This document shows positions 56,601 to 64,000 of a DNA stretch of 64,000 nt, one piece after another. The stretch is taken from contig OZ059900.1 in assembly GCA_964057225.1 (NCBI GenBank), positions 18,228,001-18,292,000 on the forward strand, given 5' to 3'. A program made the translations under genes and the position numbers. The notes beneath the pieces are model-generated. The model saw nothing but the letters and a program-made list of their open reading frames with translations. It was not told where the DNA came from and ran no database searches. Every line of letters starts with the position of its first letter. The stretch's first letter is position 1. The DNA comes from Auanema rhodensis. Its lineage: Eukaryota; Animalia; Nematoda.

Positions 56601-57804
56601 TTAGCATATTCTAAGGGCACGCCCCTTATGGCTAATATTGATTAAATCGATTTTTGTTCATATGAGTCGTCAAATGCAACGAATTTCAGCGTGTTACATA
56701 CTAAAATGAAGCATTTTACATGCTGAACACTAGAAAAATACAAAAACACAGTATTTCCCATGAGAAATATTTTATTATGCTGGAAAACCAGTTTTTGGAA
56801 ATTTCGCTGTAAACAAGGTTTTGACTTACGATTTCATGTGTTCAAACTCATGCAATGTCAATGAAACCTAGCTCAAAATTGTTCGTACAACGTCTAGTTC
56901 CACTTTCACGACAAAAAAACAGGGGTTAGAAAATTAAGGAAATTAGCATATTCTGAGGGCACGCCCCTTATGGCTAATATTGATTAAATCGAGTTTTGTT
57001 CATATGAGTCGTCAAATGCAACGAATTTCAGCGTGTTACATACTAAAATGAAGCATTTTACATGCTGAACACTAGAAAAATACAAAAATACAGTATTTCC
57101 CATGAGAAATATTTTATTATGCTGGAAAACCAGTTTTTGAAAATATCGCTGTAAACAAGGTTTTGACTTACGATTTCATGTGTTCAAACTCATGCAATGT
57201 CAATGAAACCTAGCTCAAAATTGTTCCTACAACGTCTAGTTCCACTTTCACGACAAAAAAACAGGGGTTAGAAAATTAAGGAAATTAGCATATTCTGAGG
57301 GCACGCCCCTTATGGCTAATATTGATTAAATCGATTTTTGTTCATATGAGTCGTCAAATGCAACGAATTTCAGCGTGTTACATACTAAAATGAAGCATTT
57401 TACATGCTGAACACTAGAAAAATACAAAAACACAGTATTTCCCATGAGAAATATTTTATTATGCTGGAAAACCAGTTTTTGGAAATTTCGCTGTAAACAA
57501 GGTTTTGACTTACGATTTCATGTGTTCAAACTCATGCAATGTCAATGAAACCTAGCTCAAAATTGTTCCTACAACGTCTAGTTCCACTTTCACGACAAAA
57601 AAACAGGGGTTAGAAAATTAAGGAAATTAGCATATTCTGAGGGCACGCCCTTTATGGCTAATATTGATTAAATCGATTTTTGTTCATATGAGTCGTCAAA
57701 TGCAACGAATTTCAGCGTGTTACATACTAAAATGAAGCATTTCACATGCTGAACACTAGAAAAATACAAAAACACAGTATTTCCCATGAGAAATATTTTA
57801 TTAT
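53699..57804. repeat. 6-monomer (2,053 bp) tandem duplication (M158-163 = M164-169)
   Basis: The series C-insertion / C65T+TTAATACAAT / T91C+A109T+G177A / T215G+C311T / G20A+T25A+G107C / G107C+C189T+T281C occurs twice. Confidence 0.92.
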
Positions 57805-60800
57805 GCTGGAAAACCAGTTTTTGGAAATTTCGCTGTAAACAAGGTTTTGACTTACGATTTCATGTGTTCAAACTCATGCAATGTCAATGAAACCTAGCTC
57901 AAAATTGTTCGTACAACGTCTAGTTCCACTTTCACGACAAAAAAACAGGGGTTAGAAAATTAAGGAAATTAGCATATTCTGAGGGCACGCCCCTTATGGC
58001 TAATATTGATTAAATCGATTTTTGTTCATATGAGTCGTCAAATGCAACGAATTTCAGCGTGTTACATACTAAAATGAAGCATTTTACATGCTGAACACTA
58101 GAAAAATACAAAAACACAGTATTTCCCATGAGAAATATTTTATTATGCTGGAAAACCAGTTTTTGAAAATATCGCTGTAAACAAGGTTTTGACTTACGAT
58201 TTCATGTGTTCAAACTCATGCAATGTCAATGAAACCTAGCTCAAAATTGTTCCTACAACGTCTAGTTCCACTTTCACGACAAAAAAACAGGGGTTAGAAA
58301 ATTAAGGAAATTAGCATATTCTGAGGGCACGCCCCTTATGGCTAATATTGATTAAATCGATTTTTGTTCATATGAGTCGTCAAATGCAACGAATTTCAGC
58401 GTGTTACATACTAAAATGAAGCATTTTACATGCTGAACACTAGAAAAATACAAAAACACAGTATTTCCCATGAGAAATATTTTATTATGCTGGAAAACCA
58501 GTTTTTGGAAATTTCGCTGTAAACAAGGTTTTGACTTACGATTTCATGTGTTCAAACTCATGCAATGTCAATGAAACCTAGCTCAAAATTGTTCCTACAA
58601 CGTCTAGTTCCACTTTCACGACAAAAAAACAGGGGTTAGAAAATTAAGGAAATTAGCATATTCTGAGGGCACGCCCTTTATGGCTAATATTGATTAAATC
58701 GATTTTTGTTCATATGAGTCGTCAAATGCAACGAATTTCAGCGTGTTACATACTAAAATGAAGCATTTCACATGCTGAACACTAGAAAAATACAAAAACA
58801 CAGTATTTCCCATGAGAAATATTTTATTATGCTGGAAAACCAGTTTTTGGAAATTTCGCTGTAAACAAGGTTTTGACTTACGATTTCATGTGTTCAAACT
58901 CATGCAATGTCAATGAAACCTAGCTCAAAATTGTTCGTACAACGTCTAGTTCCACTTTCACGACAAAAAAACAGGGGTTAGAAAATTAAGGAAATTAGCA
59001 TATTCTGAGGGCACGCCCCTTATGGCTAATATTGATTAAATCGATTTTTGTTCATATGAGTCGTCAAATGCAACGAATTTCAGCGTGTTACATACTAAAA
59101 TGAAGCATTTCACATGCTGAACACTAGAAAAATACAAAAACACAGTAATACCCATGAGAAATATTTTATTATGCTGGAAAACCAGTTTTTGGAAATTTCG
59201 CTGTAAACAAGGTTTTGACTTACGATTTCATGTGTTCAAACTCATGCAATGTCAATGAAACCTAGCTCAAAATTGTTCCTACAACGTCTAGTTCCACTTT
59301 CACGACAAAAAAACAGGGGTTAGAAAATTAAGGAAATTAGCATATTCTGAGGGCACGCCCTTTATGGCTAATATTGATTAAATCGATTTTTGTTCATATG
59401 AGTCGTCAAATGCAACGAATTTCAGCGTGTTACATACTAAAATGAAGCATTTCACATGCTGAACACTAGAAAAATACAAAAACACAGTATTTCCCATGAG
59501 AAATATTTTATTATGCTGGAAAACCAGTTTTTGGAAATTTCGCTGTAAACAAGGTTTTGACTTACGATTTCATGTGTTCAAACTCATGCAATGTCAATGA
59601 AACCTAGCTCAAAATTGTTCGTACAACGTCTAGTTCCACTTTCACGACAAAAAAACAGGGGTTAGAAAATTAAGGAAATTAGCATATTCTGAGGGCACGC
59701 CCCTTATGGCTAATATTGATTAAATCGATTTTTGTTCATATGAGTCGTCAAATGCAACGAATTTCAGCGTGTTACATACTAAAATGAAGCATTTTACATG
59801 CTGAACACTAGAAAAATACAAAAACACAGTAATACCCATGAGAAATATTTTATTATGCTGGAAAACCAGTTTTTGGAAATTTCGCTGTAAACAAGGTTTT
59901 GACTTACGATTTCATGTGTTCAAACTCATGCAATGTCAATGAAACCCAGCTCAAAATTGTTCGTACAACGTCTAGTTCCACTTTCACGACAAAAAAACAG
60001 GGGTTAGAAAATTAAGGAAATTAGCATATTCTGAGGGCACGCCCCTTATGGCTAATATTGATTAAATCGATTTTTGTTCATATGAGTCGTCAAATGCAAC
60101 GAATTTCAGCGTGTTACATACTAAAATGAAGCATTTTACATGCTGAACACTAGAAAAATACAAAAACACAGTAATACCCATGAGAAATATTTTATTATGC
60201 TGGAAAACCAGTTTTTGGAAATTTCGCTGTAAACAAGGTTTTGACTTACGATTTCATGTGTTCAAACTCATGCAATGTCAATGAAACCTAGCTCAAAATT
60301 GTTAATACAATGTCTAGTTCCACTTTCAGGACAAAAAAACAGGGGTTAGAAAATTAAGGAAATTAGCATATTCTGAGGGCACGCCCTTTATGGCTAATAT
60401 TGATTAAATCGATTTTTGTTCATATGAGTCGTCAAATGCAACGAATTTCAGCGTGTTACATACTAAAATGAAGCATTTTACATGCTGAACACTAGAAAAA
60501 TACAAAAACACAGTATTTCCCATGAGAAATATTTTATTATGCTGGAAAACCAGTTTTTGGAAATTTCGCTGTAAACAAGGTTTTGACTTACGATTTCATG
60601 TGTTCAAACTCATGCAATGTCAATGAAACCTAGCTCAAAATTGTTCGTACAACGTCTAGTTCCACTTTCACGACTAAAAAACAGGGGTTAGAAAATTAAG
60701 GAAATTAGCATATTCTGAGGGCACGCCCCTTATGGCTAATATTGATTAAATCGATTTTTGTTCATATGAGTCGTCAAATGCAACGAATTTCAGCGTGTTA

Positions 60801-63800
60801 CATACTAAAATGAAGCATTTTACATGCTGAACACTAGAAAAATACAAAAACACAGTATTTCCCATGAGAAATATTTTATTATGCTGGAAAACCAGTTTTT
60901 GGAAATTTCGCTGTAAACAAGGTTTTGACTTACGATTTCATGTGTTCAAACTCATGCAATGTCAATGAAACCTAGCTCAAAATTGTTCGTACAACGTCTA
61001 GTTCCACTTTCACGACTAAAAAACAGGGGTTAGAAAATTAAGGAAATTAGCATATTCTGAGGGCACGCCCCTTATGGCTAATATTGATTAAATCGATTTT
61101 TGTTCATATGAGTCGTCAAATGCAACGAATTTCAGCGTGTTACATACTAAAATGAAGCATTTTACATGCTGAACACTAGAAAAATACAAAAACACAGTAT
61201 TTCCCATGAGAATTATTTTATTATGCTGGAAAACCAGTTTTTGGAAATTTCGCTGTAAACAAGGTTTTGACTTACGATTTCATGTGTTCAAACTCATGCA
61301 ATGTCAATGAAACCTAGCTCAAAATTGTTCGTACAACGTCTAGTTCCACTTTCACGACAAAAAAACAGGGGTTAGAAAATTAAGGAAATTAGCATATTCT
61401 GAGGGCACGCCCCTTATGGCTAATATTGATTAAATCGATTTTTGTTCATATGAGTCGTCAAATGCAACGAATTTCAGCGTGTTACATACTAAAATGAAGC
61501 ATTTTACATGCTGAACACTAGAAAAATACAAAAACACAGTATTTCCCATGAGAAATATTTTATTATGCTGGAAAACCAGTTTTTGAAAATTTCGCTGTAA
61601 ACAAGGTTTTGACTTACGATTTCATGTGTTCAAACTCATGCAATGTCAATGAAACCTAGCTCAAAATTGTTCCTACAACGTCTAGTTCCACTTTCACGAC
61701 AAAAAAACAGGGGTTAGAAAATTAAGGAAATTAGCATATTCTGAGGGCACGCCCTTTATGGCTAATATTGATTAAATCGATTTTTGTTCATATGAGTCGT
61801 CAAATGCAACGAATTTCAGCGTGTTACATACTCAAATGAAGCATTTTACATGCTGAACACTAGAAAAATACAAAAACACAGTATTTCCCATGAGAAATAT
61901 TTTATTATGCTGGAAAACCAGTTTTTGGAAATTTCGCTGTAAACAAGGTTTTGACTTACGATTTCATGTGTTCAAACTCATGCAATGTCAATGAAACCTA
62001 GCTCAAAATTGTTCGTACAACGTCTAGTTCCACTTTCACGACAAAAAAACAGGGGTTAGAAAATTAAGGAAATTAGCATATTCTGAGGGCACGCCCCTTA
62101 TGGCTAATATTGATTAAATCGATTTTTGTTCATATGAGTCGTCAAATGCAACGAATTTCAGCGTGTTACGTACTAAAATGAAGCATTTTACATGCTGAAC
62201 ACTAGAAAAATACAAAAACACAGTATTTCCCATGAGAAATATTTTATTATGCTGGAAAACCAGTTTTTGGAAATTTCGCTGTAAACAAGGTTTTGACTTA
62301 CGATTTCATGTGTTCAAACTCATGCAATGTCAATGAAACCTAGCTCAAAATTGTTCCTACAACGTCTAGTTCCACTTTCACGACAAAAAAACAGGGGTTA
62401 GAAAATTAAGGAAATTAGCATATTCTGAGGGCACGCCCTTTATGGCTAATATTGATTAAATCGATTTTTGTTCATATGAGTCGTCAAATGCAACGAATTT
62501 CAGCGTGTTACATACTAAAATGAAGCATTTTACATGCTGAACACTAGAAAAATACAAAAACACAGTATTTCCCATGAGAAATATTTTATTATGCTGGAAA
62601 ACCAGTTTTTGGAAATTTCGCTGTAAACAAGGTTTTGACTTACGATTTCATGTGTTCAAACTCATGCAATGTCAATGAAACCTAGCTCAAAATTGTTCGT
62701 ACAACGTCTAGTTCCACTTTCACGACAAAAAAACAGGGGTTAGAAAATTAAGGAAATTAGCATATTCTGAGGGCACGCCCCTTATGGCTAATATTGATTA
62801 AATCGATTTTTGTTCATATGAGTCGTCAAATGCAACGAATTTCAGCGTGTTACATACTAAAATGAAGCATTTTACATGCTGAACACTAGAAAAATACAAT
62901 TACACAGTATTTCCCATGAGAATAATTTTATTATGCTGGAAAACCAGTTTTTGGAAATTTCGCTGTAAACAAGGTTTTGACTTACGATTTCATGTGTTCA
63001 AACTCATGCAATGTCAATGAAACCTAGCTCAAAATTGTTCGTACAACGTCTAGTTCCACTTTTACGACAAAAAAACAGGGGTTAGAAAATTAAGGAAATT
63101 AGCATATTCTGAGGGCACGCCCCTTATGGCTAATATTGATTAAATCGATTTTTGTTCATATGAGTCGTCAAATGCAACGAATTTCAGCGTGTTACATACT
63201 AAAATGAAGCATTTTACATGCTGAACACTAGAAAAATACAAAAACACAGTATTTCCCATGAGAAATATTTTATTATGCTGGAAAACCAGTTTTTGGAAAT
63301 TTCGCTGTAAACAAGGTTTTGACTTACGATTTCATGTGTTCAAACTCATGCAATGTCAATGAAACCTAGCTCAAAATTGTTCGTACAACGACTAGTTCCA
63401 CTTTCACGACAAAAAAACAGGGGTTAGAAAATTAAGGAAATTAGCATATTCTGAGGGCACGCCCCTTATGGCTAATATTGATTAAATCGATTTTTGTTCA
63501 TATGAGTCGTCAAATGCAACGAATTTCAGCGTGTTACATACTAAAATGAAGCATTTTACATGCTGAACACTAGAAAAATACAAAAACACAGTATTTCCCA
63601 TGAGAAATATTTTATTATGCTGGAAAACCAGTTTTTGAAAATTTCGCTGTAAACAAGGTTTTGACTTACGATTTCATGTGTTCAAACTCATGCAATGTCA
63701 ATGAAACCTAGCTCAAAATTGTTCCTACAACGTCTAGTTCCACTTTCACGACAAAAAAACAGGGGTTAGAAAATTAAGGAAATTAGCATATTCTGAGGGC

Positions 63801-64000
63801 ACGCCCCTTATGGCTAATATTGATTAAATCGATTTTTGTTCATATGAGTCGTCAAATGCAACGAATTTCAGCGTGTTACATACTAAAATGAAGCATTTTA
63901 CATGCTGAACACTAGAAAAATACAAAAACACAGTATTTCCCATGAGAATAATTTTATTATGCTGGAAAACCAGTTTTTGGAAATTTCGCTGTAAACAAGG

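Larger units (their letters stand above)
1..64000. repeat. Tandem satellite DNA array, 342-bp monomer, 187 full copies plus a 40-bp partial, single orientation; probably (peri)centromeric heterochromatin
   Basis: GCTGGAAAACCAG recurs at 1, 343, 685 ... 63961. 63960 = 187x342 + 6, which matches six single-C insertions (C-runs near 17970, 18655, 28232, 53884, 55937, and C at 45235). No non-monomer sequence was seen and the array runs off both ends. The centromeric location is inference. Confidence 0.99.

Noticed and set aside
1-64000. Giant repetitive protein-coding gene (342 is divisible by 3)
   Set aside because: All six frames of the consensus contain stops (e.g. frame 1 at 91, 157, 166, 271, 295, 325). 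T91C removes only one of them.
1-64000. CRISPR array
   Set aside because: There are no unique spacers; the whole 342-bp unit is repeated and no cas genes are present.
1-64000. Rolling-circle or sequencing concatemer of one 342-bp molecule with random errors
   Set aside because: Variants are linked into haplotypes that recur in ordered, nested blocks, which indicates evolutionary history rather than random error.
1-64000. A single regular fixed-period HOR
   Set aside because: No period persists for more than about two copies; the order of variants is conserved only in degenerate form.

Overview
The whole 64 kb window is one uninterrupted head-to-tail satellite DNA array. It holds 187 complete monomers of 342 bp plus 40 bp of a 188th, at about 34% GC, with each copy differing from the consensus at 0-6 positions. 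Monomers are numbered M1-M188 from base 1, and monomer positions refer to bases 1-342. I found no gene, RNA gene, transposon insertion, inversion or CRISPR array. The informative structure is in the order of monomer variants, which I typed by eye. It shows an apparently exact 22-monomer (7,524 bp) tandem duplication, nested 2-, 3-, 5-, 6- and 7-monomer duplications, and a roughly 9 kb island of a distinct monomer subfamily. It also shows recombinant monomers and an older degenerate higher-order order of variants that recurs about 5 times. The monomer carries a CENP-B-box-like 17-mer, several dyad symmetries, A-tracts and a trace of internal duplication. This is consistent with eukaryotic (peri)centromeric heterochromatin, but species and function cannot be determined from the sequence. 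I see no evidence of a novel protein-coding system.
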